A DNA stretch of 46,990 nucleotides from Burkholderiales bacterium. Lineage in GTDB: Bacteria; Pseudomonadota; Gammaproteobacteria; Burkholderiales; Rhodocyclaceae. The stretch is taken from the NCBI GenBank assembly GCA_964203325.1, contig CAXNNH010000001.1, forward strand, positions 1-46,990. Reading direction: 5' to 3'. Made by a program: the position numbers and the translations under genes. Positions 1-9,310 of this stretch are shown here, piece after piece. Each line of letters begins with the position of its first letter. Position 1 is the stretch's first letter. The notes beneath the pieces are model-generated. The model had not been told where the DNA came from. It saw only the letters and a program-made list of their open reading frames with translations, and made no database searches.

Positions 1-2
1 TG

Positions 3-158
3 ACCATGCGCAACCTTAGAAACCAGATGGTTCACGAATACGTTGAAGACCCCACCGTGCTCACCAGCGCTTTGCAAACCGGCCATGCTTTTGTGCCGGC
101 ACTCATTGCGGCCGCTGCCAACATGGTTGCCGAAATCGAGCGGCGGGGATGGGCGTGA
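3..158 (+). CDS. HEPN-domain protein, C-terminal fragment (HepT / HI0074-like nucleotidyltransferase-substrate-binding family); 5' end is off-window
   Basis: The frame is open from the window edge to TGA at 156-158. The translation TMRNLRNQMVHEYVEDPTVLTSALQTGHAF... contains the HEPN R-x4-H motif (RNQMVH). Confidence 0.5.
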   Translation, partial: TMRNLRNQMVHEYVEDPTVLTSALQTGHAFVPALIAAAANMVAEIERRGWA

Positions 159-328
159 AGCAACACAACTGCTGGCTTGGCGATGACGGCAGAACGAATC
201 CATGACCGTGCCGCAGCCCCCCTTGGGAGTGGACCACACCCGCTTTAGCCCACAGACACATCAACTGGTGCGATCATCCGCACCTGACGCCTGAACAACC
301 TCAGAACCCCTCGCTCACCCAATCCAAC

Positions 329-628
329 ATGCGCCTGACCGAAGCCCAACGATATGCCATCACCGACGCCATCCACGACGTCGATCCAGACGCGCCTGTC
401 TACCTCTTCGGCTCGCGCGCAAATACCAGCGCCAAGGGGGGCGATATCGACCTCCTGGTGCTTTCATCGCAGATCGACCTGATGGCGAAACTCGACATAC
501 TGTCCCGATTGCATCGGCAGCACGTAGGGCGGAAAAGCGATAGCGCCTTCCGCCGTATGCTCCGAGCGTTGGCGGAAGGCGCCGGCTTTTCCGCCCTACG
601 TGCTGAGCTGAATCAACCACTTGTATGA
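329..628 (+). CDS. Minimal nucleotidyltransferase (MNT, antitoxin-like); native C-terminus replaced by read-through into a REPIN
   Basis: The first ~64 aa carry the pol-beta-type NTase motif [17 protein letters not shown] (G-S-x10-D-x-D). From nt 521 the frame runs through an 82-nt palindromic repeat ([12 protein letters not shown]...GFSALRAE), so the last third is repeat-encoded. Confidence 0.6.
   Translation: MRLTEAQRYAITDAIHDVDPDAPVYLFGSRANTSAKGGDIDLLVLSSQIDLMAKLDILSRLHRQHVGRKSDSAFRRMLRALAEGAGFSALRAELNQPLV
521..602. repeat. REPIN (two inverted REP hairpins, GTAG heads outward), family A
   Basis: Sequence: cacGTAGggcggaaaagcgatagcgccttccgcc gtatgctccgagcgtt ggcggaaggcgccggcttttccgccCTACgtg. 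Each half folds on itself (ggcggaa/ttccgcc) and the halves are reverse complements. Confidence 0.8.
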
Positions 629-633
629 ATTTG

Positions 634-948
634 CCGAACCCCATGATCAACCAGAACCACTCCGCCGCAGAGAACAAGCAATGAGCCGCCCCGCTGTAGT
701 ATTTGACCAAGTCTCCAAGGTTTACTCCCTCTCCCACCAGAAAACGGAGAATCTGAAGGACCGCCTCACGCGGATGCTCCGGGGTGGAAAAGCACCCGTC
801 CAGACCCAAGCAGAAACAGAGGCCTTCTACGCGCTCAGGGACGTTTGCTTCGAGATTCAGCCCGGTGAGTCTGTGGGCATCATCGGCCCCAACGGCTCCG
901 GGAAAAGTACCTCGCTTAAGATACTTGCCGGCGTGACAACACCCGGTT
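634..948 (+). repeat. Direct repeat copy 1 (~315 bp) of the wzt upstream region plus the first ~89 codons
   Basis: Aligns base-for-base at a constant offset of 1961 nt with 2595-2909, with only scattered substitutions. The proteins match: [52 protein letters not shown](R/K)DV(C/S)[30 protein letters not shown]. Confidence 0.9.
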
Positions 949-953
949 TGTGA
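681..953 (+). pseudogene. wzt: Truncated duplicate of the wzt 5' end (ABC ATPase N-terminus through Walker A only)
   Basis: ATG at 681 corresponds to the wzt ATG at 2642. The Walker A motif GPNGSGKST is present. Similarity ends at ~948 and a stop follows at 951-953 after 90 codons. Confidence 0.85.
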
Positions 954-1035
954 GAATTTAATATGAACAAAATAGCCCTACAAGGCGATGGATTACAACG
1001 AGTAAGCGCGGTCCAGTCAGAATCGACTTTCTTGA

Positions 1036-1797
<762 letters not shown>

Positions 1798-1808
1798 ATT
1801 GGTGTTTA

Positions 1809-1894
1809 CGACATCAGGAAGAGTTGCTGGAAAACTGGGAGCGCCCAGCGACTGGAGCCTTTGGAGCGTATTCGAGGAGCAGATCAAGATGATT
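1809..1894 (+). pseudogene. Possible DUF4160-family gene remnant (C-terminal end, frameshifted)
   Basis: [11 protein letters not shown] followed, in the +1 frame, by [18 protein letters not shown]-stop resembles DUF4160 C-termini. Its TAA (1892-1894) overlaps the DUF2442 ATG as ATGATTAA, the usual DUF4160-DUF2442 pair geometry. Confidence 0.3.
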
Positions 1895-2137
1895 AAGGTA
1901 TTAGTGGCACGCTACCTTGGCACCTATCGTGTCGAGTTGGTTTTTTCTGATGGAAAAGAAGGTGTTTTTGATGGTGCCATACTCTTACAACGCACTGGAT
2001 CGTTAGTTGAAGCATTGCGAGATGAAAACTATTTCAAGCGCCTATACATAGAAGCGGGTGCGTTGTGCTGGCCAAATGGACTGGAACTCGCCCCGTTACG
2101 CTTGTACGAAAATTGCACGATGACTGAGCCAGCTTGA
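1889..2137 (+). CDS. DUF2442 family small protein
   Basis: 82 aa starting at the internal ATG of ORF 1769-2137: [74 protein letters not shown]. This matches the typical DUF2442 pattern (FsDG...vD....f..L.d...F..v.v..g.l.WPNG.dl.P..LY). Confidence 0.7.
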   Translation: MIKVLVARYLGTYRVELVFSDGKEGVFDGAILLQRTGSLVEALRDENYFKRLYIEAGALCWPNGLELAPLRLYENCTMTEPA

Positions 2138-2144
2138 GCGACTT

Positions 2145-2590
2145 ATGAACCCTAACTCCAAAACCCACATCGCCGGCCATCGCGGCCTGGTTGGCTCCGC
2201 CCTGATGCGCCGCCTTTCACTCCCCTCGCCCGCAAGCGGGAGAGGGGCTGGGGGAGAGGGGCCTTTCAGCAACCCCCTTACCCGCACCCACGCCGAACTC
2301 GACCTCATTAATCAAGCCGCCGTCGAGGCCTTTTTCGCCGAAGAAAAGCTGGACTACGTCTTCCTCGCAGCGGCCAAGGTTGGGCGGCATTCTCGCCAAC
2401 AACGAATGCCCGGCCGAATTCATCCGCGACAACCTCGCCATCCAGACCAACATCATCCACACCGCCTACAAAAACAACGTCAAACAGCTGTTGTTCCTTG
2501 GTTTAAGCTGAATCTATCCCAAACTCTGCCCGCAGCCGATGAAAGAGGAATACCGCCTCACCGGCCCGCTTGAAGCCGAGACCGCACCGA
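2145..2590 (+). pseudogene. fcl: GDP-L-fucose synthase, N-terminal ~45% only, with a repeat insertion, a frameshift and a nonsense codon
   Basis: [17 protein letters not shown]...[33 protein letters not shown] matches Fcl. An extra base near 2382-2385 shifts the frame; the shifted frame reads [42 protein letters not shown] at 2509-2511 replaces the conserved Cys of SSCIYP. Similarity ends at ~2590, where the wzt repeat begins. Confidence 0.85.
2214..2269. repeat. GC-rich hairpin element inserted in-frame in fcl
   Basis: The stem cccctcgcccgc-aa-gcgggagagggg is followed by a partial reiteration (ctgggggagagggg) and flanked by CCTTTCA on both sides. It encodes [18 protein letters not shown], about 12 residues more than the remembered Fcl loop. 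Confidence 0.5.
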
Positions 2591-2594
2591 TACA

Positions 2595-2909
2595 CCGAGC
2601 CCCATGATCAACCAAAACCACTCCGCCGCAGAGAACAAGCAATGAGCCGCCCCGCCGTAGTATTTGACCAAGTCTCCAAGGTCTATTCCCTCTCCCACCA
2701 GAAAACGGAGAACCTGAAGGACCGTCTCACGCGGATGCTCCGGGGTGGCAAGGCGCCAGTACAGACGCAAGCAGAAACAGAGGCCTTCTACGCGCTCAAA
2801 GACGTTTCCTTCGAGATTCAGCCCGGCGAGTCCGTGGGCATCATCGGCCCCAACGGCTCCGGGAAAAGTACCTCGCTCAAGATACTCGCAGGCGTCACCA
2901 AACCCAGTT
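2595..2909 (+). repeat. Direct repeat copy 2 (functional wzt 5' region)
   Basis: See 634-948; the constant offset is 1961 nt. Confidence 0.9.
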
Positions 2910-3883
2910 CAGGCAGATTCGAACTCAATGGCAGACTGGGTGCACTGATCGAAGTAGGCGCCGGCTTCCACCCGGAATTAACTGGACGTGAAAACGTTTA
3001 TATGAACGGCTCCATTCTCGGCATGAGCAAGAAGGAGATCGACCTGAAATTCGATTCCATCGTGGATTTCTCCGAGATTGAGCAATTCATCGATACGCCG
3101 GTCAAGCACTACTCATCCGGGATGTATGTGAGACTCGGATTTGCTGTAGCCATACATAACGAGCCCGAAGTCATGTTGGTGGATGAGGTGTTGGCGGTTG
3201 GTGACCTGGGCTTTCAGAAGAAATGCTTTGCACGAATGGAGGCGCTCAAGAACGAGGGCCGTACATTCATACTCGTATCGCATTCCATGGGGCAGATACA
3301 GGAAATGTGCAAACGGGCAATCATGCTGAAAAAAGGTAAGGTTGTTGCAGACGATGAAGCTGTCGTGGTATCCGGACGATACATTGAGTTAATGAATGAA
3401 AAGAAAACGGTAGTTGTAAATCCGGAACAGCAAGAATCAATTATAAGAATTACCGGTCTTGAGATTATGGATGAAAGTGGTAATCGTCTATCTCAGATGG
3501 CTCTAGGAGACGATATTATAGTTCGCATCGAATATGAGGCAGTAGAGGCTATTGAAAACATGGTTGTGGTTTTAAACGTGAAGCGCCCGGGAGTGAAAGT
3601 ATACGAAGTTCATTCCGATATTCAAAAGATTAAATTCTCGGCACACGTGGGAAAGAGTGAAATTCACTGCCGATTGCCAAAACTACATTTAATGCCTAAT
3701 ACGTACGGACTTGATGTGCTGATTTGGAATTCGACCGTAACAAGCATGCTTGCAAGAAAGATAGATTACGAGTCATTCGTAGTAATGCCGCCTAATGATC
3801 CATTTATTCTTGGTTGTAGGCTTTATATGGAACCGACAGAAAGGCCGCCAATCTATGGGCATACGCGCTGGGAACAGAAATAG
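2642..3883 (+). CDS. wzt: O-antigen/polysaccharide ABC exporter ATP-binding protein with a C-terminal Wzt-type carbohydrate-binding domain
   Basis: ATG at 2642 ([15 protein letters not shown]). Walker A is GPNGSGKST, the signature motif is YSSGM, and Walker B is VMLVDEVLAVGD. About 160 further residues (ITGLEIMDESGNRLSQMALGDDIIVRIEYEA...) look like the Wzt_C beta-sandwich. Confidence 0.85.
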   Translation: MSRPAVVFDQVSKVYSLSHQKTENLKDRLTRMLRGGKAPVQTQAETEAFYALKDVSFEIQPGESVGIIGPNGSGKSTSLKILAGVTKPSSGRFELNGRLGALIEVGAGFHPELTGRENVYMNGSILGMSKKEIDLKFDSIVDFSEIEQFIDTPVKHYSSGMYVRLGFAVAIHNEPEVMLVDEVLAVGDLGFQKKCFARMEALKNEGRTFILVSHSMGQIQEMCKRAIMLKKGKVVADDEAVVVSGRYIELMNEKKTVVVNPEQQESIIRITGLEIMDESGNRLSQMALGDDIIVRIEYEAVEAIENMVVVLNVKRPGVKVYEVHSDIQKIKFSAHVGKSEIHCRLPKLHLMPNTYGLDVLIWNSTVTSMLARKIDYESFVVMPPNDPFILGCRLYMEPTERPPIYGHTRWEQK

Positions 3884-4007
3884 TGCTCTGTTTGAACACG
3901 GGTAAGCTGAAATCATATGAGTTTCGGATTCGTCAGGAATAAATGTTCATGTTCAAGAATAACCCATGCGTCAAATTCAATATTTTTACCAATGTTGCTA
4001 AACTCTC

Positions 4008-5123
4008 GTGAATACCGTCAAGCCTATATACGTAACTGAGCCTTACCTCCCTCCCTTGGAGGAGTTCATTCCCTACCTCGAAAAAATCTGGGATAGCAAA
4101 GTACTCACCAACAAGGGGCCATTTCATGAACAGCTTGAAAGGGAGTTATGTGAGTACCTCGGTGTAGAACATCTCGCTCTTTTCACCAACGGTACCATTG
4201 CTCTGGTAACCGCACTGCAGGCGCTTCGCATTACGGGCGAAGTCATCACTACACCCTTTTCCTTCGTAGCTACAGCACATTCGCTGCTATGGAACGGAAT
4301 CAAACCGGTTTTTGTCGATATCGATCCTGATACGCTTAATCTGGACCCTCGCAAAATCGAGGCCGCCATTACTCCGCAAACCACAGCCATCTTGCCGGTA
4401 CATTGCTATGGCAATCCCTGCGATGTAGATGCCATCCAGGCCATAGCCAACAATTACAATCTCAAGGTCATCTACGATGCAGCGCACGCTTTTGGTGTCC
4501 AATGCCACTGCGGAAGCGTACTGAAACATGGTGATTTATCGGTGCTGAGTTTTCACGCTACCAAGGTGTTCAACACGTTCGAAGGCGGTGCTATTGTTTG
4601 TCCAGACGCCAAGACCAAACAGCATATCGACAATCTCAAGAACTTTGGCTTTGTCAACGAAACTACTGTAGTGGCGCCGGGTATCAATGGCAAGATGAGC
4701 GAATTCGGTGCGGCCCTGGGGTTGCTGCAACTCAAACACATCGACCACGCGCTAACAAGGCGTGGTGAGATAGATCAAATCTATCGCGAAACTCTAAAAG
4801 ATGTCCCCGGAATAACGTGTATTGGTCAGTCTGGACAGAGGGTTGCAAACTACGCATATTTTCCAATATTGATCGAATCTGAATATCCACTCGCTCGCGA
4901 TGCCTTGTATCACAAGTTACAAGAAAACAACATATTCGGACGGCGGTACTTCTATCCCTTGATATCCGAATTCCCGATGTATCGAGGTTTGTTATCGGCA
5001 AATCAAGGAAATTTACCTACAGCAACTGCAATGGCAAAGAAGGTGTTGTGTTTGCCTATTTATCCCATGCTTTCAGATGGTGATATTATGAGGATTATTG
5101 GCATAATTCGAGATGCTGCTTAA
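4008..5123 (+). CDS. DegT/DnrJ/EryC1/StrS-family PLP sugar aminotransferase
   Basis: 371 aa with a GTG start. Family-typical segments are VTEPYLPPLEEF, GTIALVTALQAL, ITTPFSFVATAH, ILPVHCYG and SFHATKVFNTFEGGAIV (PLP Lys). Confidence 0.85.
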   Translation: MNTVKPIYVTEPYLPPLEEFIPYLEKIWDSKVLTNKGPFHEQLERELCEYLGVEHLALFTNGTIALVTALQALRITGEVITTPFSFVATAHSLLWNGIKPVFVDIDPDTLNLDPRKIEAAITPQTTAILPVHCYGNPCDVDAIQAIANNYNLKVIYDAAHAFGVQCHCGSVLKHGDLSVLSFHATKVFNTFEGGAIVCPDAKTKQHIDNLKNFGFVNETTVVAPGINGKMSEFGAALGLLQLKHIDHALTRRGEIDQIYRETLKDVPGITCIGQSGQRVANYAYFPILIESEYPLARDALYHKLQENNIFGRRYFYPLISEFPMYRGLLSANQGNLPTATAMAKKVLCLPIYPMLSDGDIMRIIGIIRDAA

Positions 5124-5221
5124 CTTAAGCTCGAATATGGAAACTAATGGCTGGCGAATTAGCGTCGCTATGCATTAATTATATAAAGTCTTTGCATTTA
5201 AAATGGCGATAGATCGAACTG

Positions 5222-5851
5222 GTGAGTATGTTTATGCAACGTATATTCGGTCCTACACACTACACTGAAGATGATTTGGCTGATGAGGGCTTTCGCAGCC
5301 TTGGCAGAAATGTCCGCATCGCGCGAAACTGCACCATTATTGGAGCAGAGAATATATCTATTGGCGATAACGTTCGAATCGATGGATATTGCACTTTGGT
5401 CGCCGCCGGTAATGGCTACATAAACCTAGGTTCATATATACACTTAGGGGGTTACTGCACCTTGCTTGCGGGTGAGGGAATAATCATGGAGGACTTCTCC
5501 GGACTGTCATGGGGGGTTCGCCTATTTTCACGCTCAGATGATTTCACCGGCCGGTATATGACAAACCCCACCGTTCCATCTAAATACACAGGCGCAACAG
5601 GAGGCGTGATCGTCATTAAGAGACATGCTATTGTGGGGGCCAATAGCGTCATCCTTCCCAAAGTCACTCTTGGTGAAGGCGTGGCGGTTGGTGCGCTGTC
5701 TCTTGTAACAAAGAGTCTTGACGACTGGGGCGTCTATTCGGGCCGTCCTGTAGTTCGCCTTAAGGAACGCAAGCGCAACATTCTTGAACTTGAAAAGGCA
5801 CTCCTAGGCGAGTTGCATCTAGCTGGTGCGCCGAATCACCCCCGTTCTTAA
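5222..5851 (+). CDS. Left-handed beta-helix (hexapeptide-repeat) acyltransferase, WbbJ/PerB/VioB-like
   Basis: Hexapeptide periodicity is visible in IGAENISIGDNVRIDGYCTLVAAGNGYINLGSYIHLGGYCTLLAGEGIIMEDF...IGANSVILPKVTLGEGVAVGALSLV. It lies immediately downstream of the aminotransferase. Confidence 0.75.
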   Translation: MSMFMQRIFGPTHYTEDDLADEGFRSLGRNVRIARNCTIIGAENISIGDNVRIDGYCTLVAAGNGYINLGSYIHLGGYCTLLAGEGIIMEDFSGLSWGVRLFSRSDDFTGRYMTNPTVPSKYTGATGGVIVIKRHAIVGANSVILPKVTLGEGVAVGALSLVTKSLDDWGVYSGRPVVRLKERKRNILELEKALLGELHLAGAPNHPRS

Positions 5852-6079
5852 TAGCCAAAATGATGTGCTTATTAATTAGGTTCGTGGATAGCGGCATTAA
5901 TTCTGATCGAAGGGGGCTCCAGTAATGAACAACCGATTTTTTCAGTGATTTCCCTAACGAATCGTTAGTTGTGTAGAAAGTGATTATCAGGTTATGTGTG
6001 TAATGAGTTACTAAATCTTTCTACTTATCAGAGGCAAGATGTGAACACTGTGATAAGAGGCTGAACGCAACAAAATTAT

Positions 6080-7144
6080 ATGGATACTAACGGAATGTTA
6101 CAGCTGGAAAGAAAATCGAGCGACCAGAGGTCTTGGCTTCCCAAGCCCGTTCTCATTACTGACCAGAAGTGGCCACATGAAACTGTGCCGGTTGTAAGTG
6201 TCTGTTGCCTCACCTATAACCATGAAAGATTTATTCGAGAATGCCTTGACGGTTTTTTGATGCAAAAAACATCTTTTCCTGTCGAGATTCTGATTCATGA
6301 TGATGCATCTGGCGACGGCACAGCAGAAATCATTCGTGAGTATGCGGTTCAATGCCCACATATTATCAAGCCAATTTTACAATTAACGAATCAGTATTCG
6401 AATGGAATAAAACCATTCGCGGCTTTTGTTATTCCAGTGGCAAGGGGCGGGTTCATCGCGCTTTGTGAGGGGGATGATTACTGGACGGACCCTTATAAAC
6501 TAGAAAAACAGGTGCAATTTTTGGAGGAAAATACGGATTTTTCAATCTGCTTTCATAAAGTAAAAATATCGTCTAAATCGAAAATAATAGATGACTACAT
6601 TACACGAAACGTTCCTGTGGTAACGGATATCATCGAACTTGCGAGGGGTAATTACATGCACACCCCGTCAGTTGTTTTTAGGAGACATTGGCTTACTTTG
6701 CCGGACTGGTTTTATAACTGTCCAATCGACGACTACCCATTGCATATGATTAATGCAGAATATGGCAAGATCTACAAACTAGATGACGTTATGTGTATAT
6801 ATAGGGTGCATGATACAAACACATGGGCAAATCAGCATCCTGATAACATGAGATTAAAAATCCTTGCCTACTTGGAAGCTATGATCGGTAATTTCCAGGA
6901 TGTAGTGAATGATTTGCTAATACAGAGATATGAACAAATTGCTTTGGATTTGGCTCGGGAATATTATAACTCTGGTGATTTATCAAAGTCCAGCAAACTT
7001 CTGATTAAAGCAATGCAAATGGCACCTATATCCATAACAAAAAAATTCTTTGGTAGTAATGTGCCGGTAGTATCCCAAGGGCGTGCCGAAAAAACAAGGG
7101 CTAGAATTCTTAAAATTATTAAATCTATCTTGCCATCATCCTAG
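6080..7144 (+). CDS. Family 2 glycosyltransferase
   Basis: Motifs VSVCCLTYNHERFIRECLDGFLMQ, ILIHDDASGDGT and CEGDDYW (DxD). Confidence 0.8.
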   Translation: MDTNGMLQLERKSSDQRSWLPKPVLITDQKWPHETVPVVSVCCLTYNHERFIRECLDGFLMQKTSFPVEILIHDDASGDGTAEIIREYAVQCPHIIKPILQLTNQYSNGIKPFAAFVIPVARGGFIALCEGDDYWTDPYKLEKQVQFLEENTDFSICFHKVKISSKSKIIDDYITRNVPVVTDIIELARGNYMHTPSVVFRRHWLTLPDWFYNCPIDDYPLHMINAEYGKIYKLDDVMCIYRVHDTNTWANQHPDNMRLKILAYLEAMIGNFQDVVNDLLIQRYEQIALDLAREYYNSGDLSKSSKLLIKAMQMAPISITKKFFGSNVPVVSQGRAEKTRARILKIIKSILPSS

Positions 7145-7230
7145 GTTGCAGCGGATGCATTTAGATAATGTGGTACACGTAATAATGCTCACGATCTCCT
7201 CGAGTCACTTAAAAATAATGGTGATAACTT

Positions 7231-8145
7231 ATGTCTCCAAAAGTCTCAATCATTATATTGAACTGGAATAGCGTGGATGACACGCTTGCGTGCCTCAAGA
7301 CGATTGACGCTATCGAGTATCCCGCGTTGCATGTCGTGGTTGTCGACAATGCATCCACCGATGTTTCGGCAGACCGAATCCGTGCGGAATTTCCTAAAAT
7401 TCCCCTCCTGCAGAATGCTCGTAATCTTGGCTATGCAGAGGGTAACAACGTCGCGATTCGCCTTGCCTTGAAACAGGGGATGGATTACATACTTATCGTT
7501 AATCCCGATGTGCGTCTGCCGCCTGAATCCATAGCTGCGTATGTGCGCCTGATGGAGGCCGACTCGAGCATTTCAGCGCTCAACCCCATCCAGCTCACAG
7601 GCGATGGAATGGTGATGGACGAATTCTTCCGGCGGGAAATGTTTGACTACAACAATCAACCGACGCCACAGCTCCCGACGGAGGTTGAAACGCATTGGGA
7701 CGTCCGAACCTTGTTCGGCGCCGCGCTTTTCATCAGTTGCAAGACCTTGGAGAAGGTGGGTCTGTTTGATCCACTGTTCTTCGCATACTGGGAGGAGGTA
7801 GATTTATGCCGGCGCATCAAACTTCACGGTGGCAGGCTCGTCGTAACTAGCGCAGCGCCGATTGTGCACCTGCGTTCCTACAAGGCCAAAGGTCGGGATC
7901 CCTTCAGGGCATTCTTAAGGCTGAAAGGCATGCAGCTATACTCGTTAAAAGACCCTAAAACACCACTAAGCCGCCAAGCTTGGACTACGCTGGTTGAACT
8001 GGTCCGCAACATCGTACGCCTACCAGCCAATGATTTCGGCTGGCGACGGTTAGATTACATTCGCACCCTGGCATGGGTGGTGATCCATCTGCCTGAAATA
8101 TGGGGTCATCGCGAGATGGACCGAGTTGGCAAGGCCTATTTGTAG
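7231..8145 (+). CDS. Family 2 glycosyltransferase (WbbL/rhamnosyltransferase-like subgroup)
   Basis: Motifs VSIIILNWNSVDDTLACL, VVVDNASTD, NLGYAEGNN and IVNPDV. Confidence 0.75.
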   Translation: MSPKVSIIILNWNSVDDTLACLKTIDAIEYPALHVVVVDNASTDVSADRIRAEFPKIPLLQNARNLGYAEGNNVAIRLALKQGMDYILIVNPDVRLPPESIAAYVRLMEADSSISALNPIQLTGDGMVMDEFFRREMFDYNNQPTPQLPTEVETHWDVRTLFGAALFISCKTLEKVGLFDPLFFAYWEEVDLCRRIKLHGGRLVVTSAAPIVHLRSYKAKGRDPFRAFLRLKGMQLYSLKDPKTPLSRQAWTTLVELVRNIVRLPANDFGWRRLDYIRTLAWVVIHLPEIWGHREMDRVGKAYL

Positions 8146-8161
8146 ATTGTGTAGCTAACAC

Positions 8162-9310
8162 ATGGTTAAGCCACTCAACATCGTCATGTTTTGGTTTATG
8201 CGCGATTGGGGACAGTACGGTCGCGCCTATGAAAAAATTGCCGCTGAACTAGCCGCGCGCCCGGAGATTGGACGTGTGCTATGCGTTATGCCGCCAAGTG
8301 TGGTTCAGCCGAATGAATATGCTTGGCCGCTCAAGCTCGATCGTTCGTCAGGAAAACTATGGGCGCTGAGCCTCAGCACACGCGTTACCCCAACCACCGG
8401 CGCACCCTACCGATTACGAAAGTGGGCTAATGCAAGGCTTCCAAGCCTGACCTTCTCCACCTTGCTGAGGATGCTTGGTTTCAAACAATCAAATACTTTG
8501 CTGTGGTTGTATCCACCACATCCTTATATTTCGCAGATACAGCAGCAGGTGCCCCACTTCGGTCAACTGATCCAGATTGTGGACAACAACATGCACCTCG
8601 GGACCGCGTCCGAGCAATATCGGCAGGATGCAAGGCGTCAGTATGAATCGCTCGTTTCCACGGCGGACTGCGTGATCGTTTCATCGCAGGCCAACAATGA
8701 CTTTTTCTCGTCGATGAACGGGAAAACGTTTGTGTTCGAGAACGCGGTGGACGAAATCTTCCTGCGTCCCTCAACAGAGTTACCGTCTAAGTCTGGCGCC
8801 AAGAGACCCCGCCTGGGTTATGTGGGTTGGCTCAGCGATCGGACCGACGTCGTGCTACTGGAGCGATTGGCCGAAGAAAGGCCACTTTACGACATCATTT
8901 TGGCCGGCCCTGCCGAAGGCGCGGACATTTCCAGACTCGTCGAACTCCCCAATGTAACTTGGTTGGGTAAAGTACCCTACGAAGACGTTCCCGATCTGCT
9001 TTGCACTTTTGATATCTGCTTGATACCCCATCTGGATACACCCTACAGCCGTAGCATGAGCCCCCTCAAGCTCTTCCAGTACCTGGGTTCCGGCAGGCCG
9101 ATTGTCACTACACCGGTGGCGGGCGTTGACCGCTGGCAGGAACATATACGTATAGCCAACAATCATGAGACCTTCATTCGCATGGTGGATGCCGCGCTGG
9201 TAGAGGAAACCCCCGAGAAATCAGAAGCAAGGATCGCGGCAGCCAAGCGGGAGACCTGGCCAATACGTATCGACCAGATGTTGCAAGCCGTCCGCAGCGC
9301 CTTTCCATGA
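8162..9310 (+). CDS. GT-B fold glycosyltransferase (family 1/4, TuaH-like)
   Basis: The C-terminal motif SPLKLFQYLGSGRPIVTTPVAG is typical of GT1/GT4 proteins. The stop overlaps the next start (ATGA at 9307). Confidence 0.65.
   Translation: MVKPLNIVMFWFMRDWGQYGRAYEKIAAELAARPEIGRVLCVMPPSVVQPNEYAWPLKLDRSSGKLWALSLSTRVTPTTGAPYRLRKWANARLPSLTFSTLLRMLGFKQSNTLLWLYPPHPYISQIQQQVPHFGQLIQIVDNNMHLGTASEQYRQDARRQYESLVSTADCVIVSSQANNDFFSSMNGKTFVFENAVDEIFLRPSTELPSKSGAKRPRLGYVGWLSDRTDVVLLERLAEERPLYDIILAGPAEGADISRLVELPNVTWLGKVPYEDVPDLLCTFDICLIPHLDTPYSRSMSPLKLFQYLGSGRPIVTTPVAGVDRWQEHIRIANNHETFIRMVDAALVEETPEKSEARIAAAKRETWPIRIDQMLQAVRSAFP

Noticed and set aside
2604-2645. 13-codon u[16 protein letters not shown] ending in an ATGA overlap with the wzt start, present in both repeat copies with one synonymous difference
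   Set aside because: It is too short and supported by a single substitution only. It could equally be a remnant of the lost upstream gene, so I do not claim it as a leader peptide.
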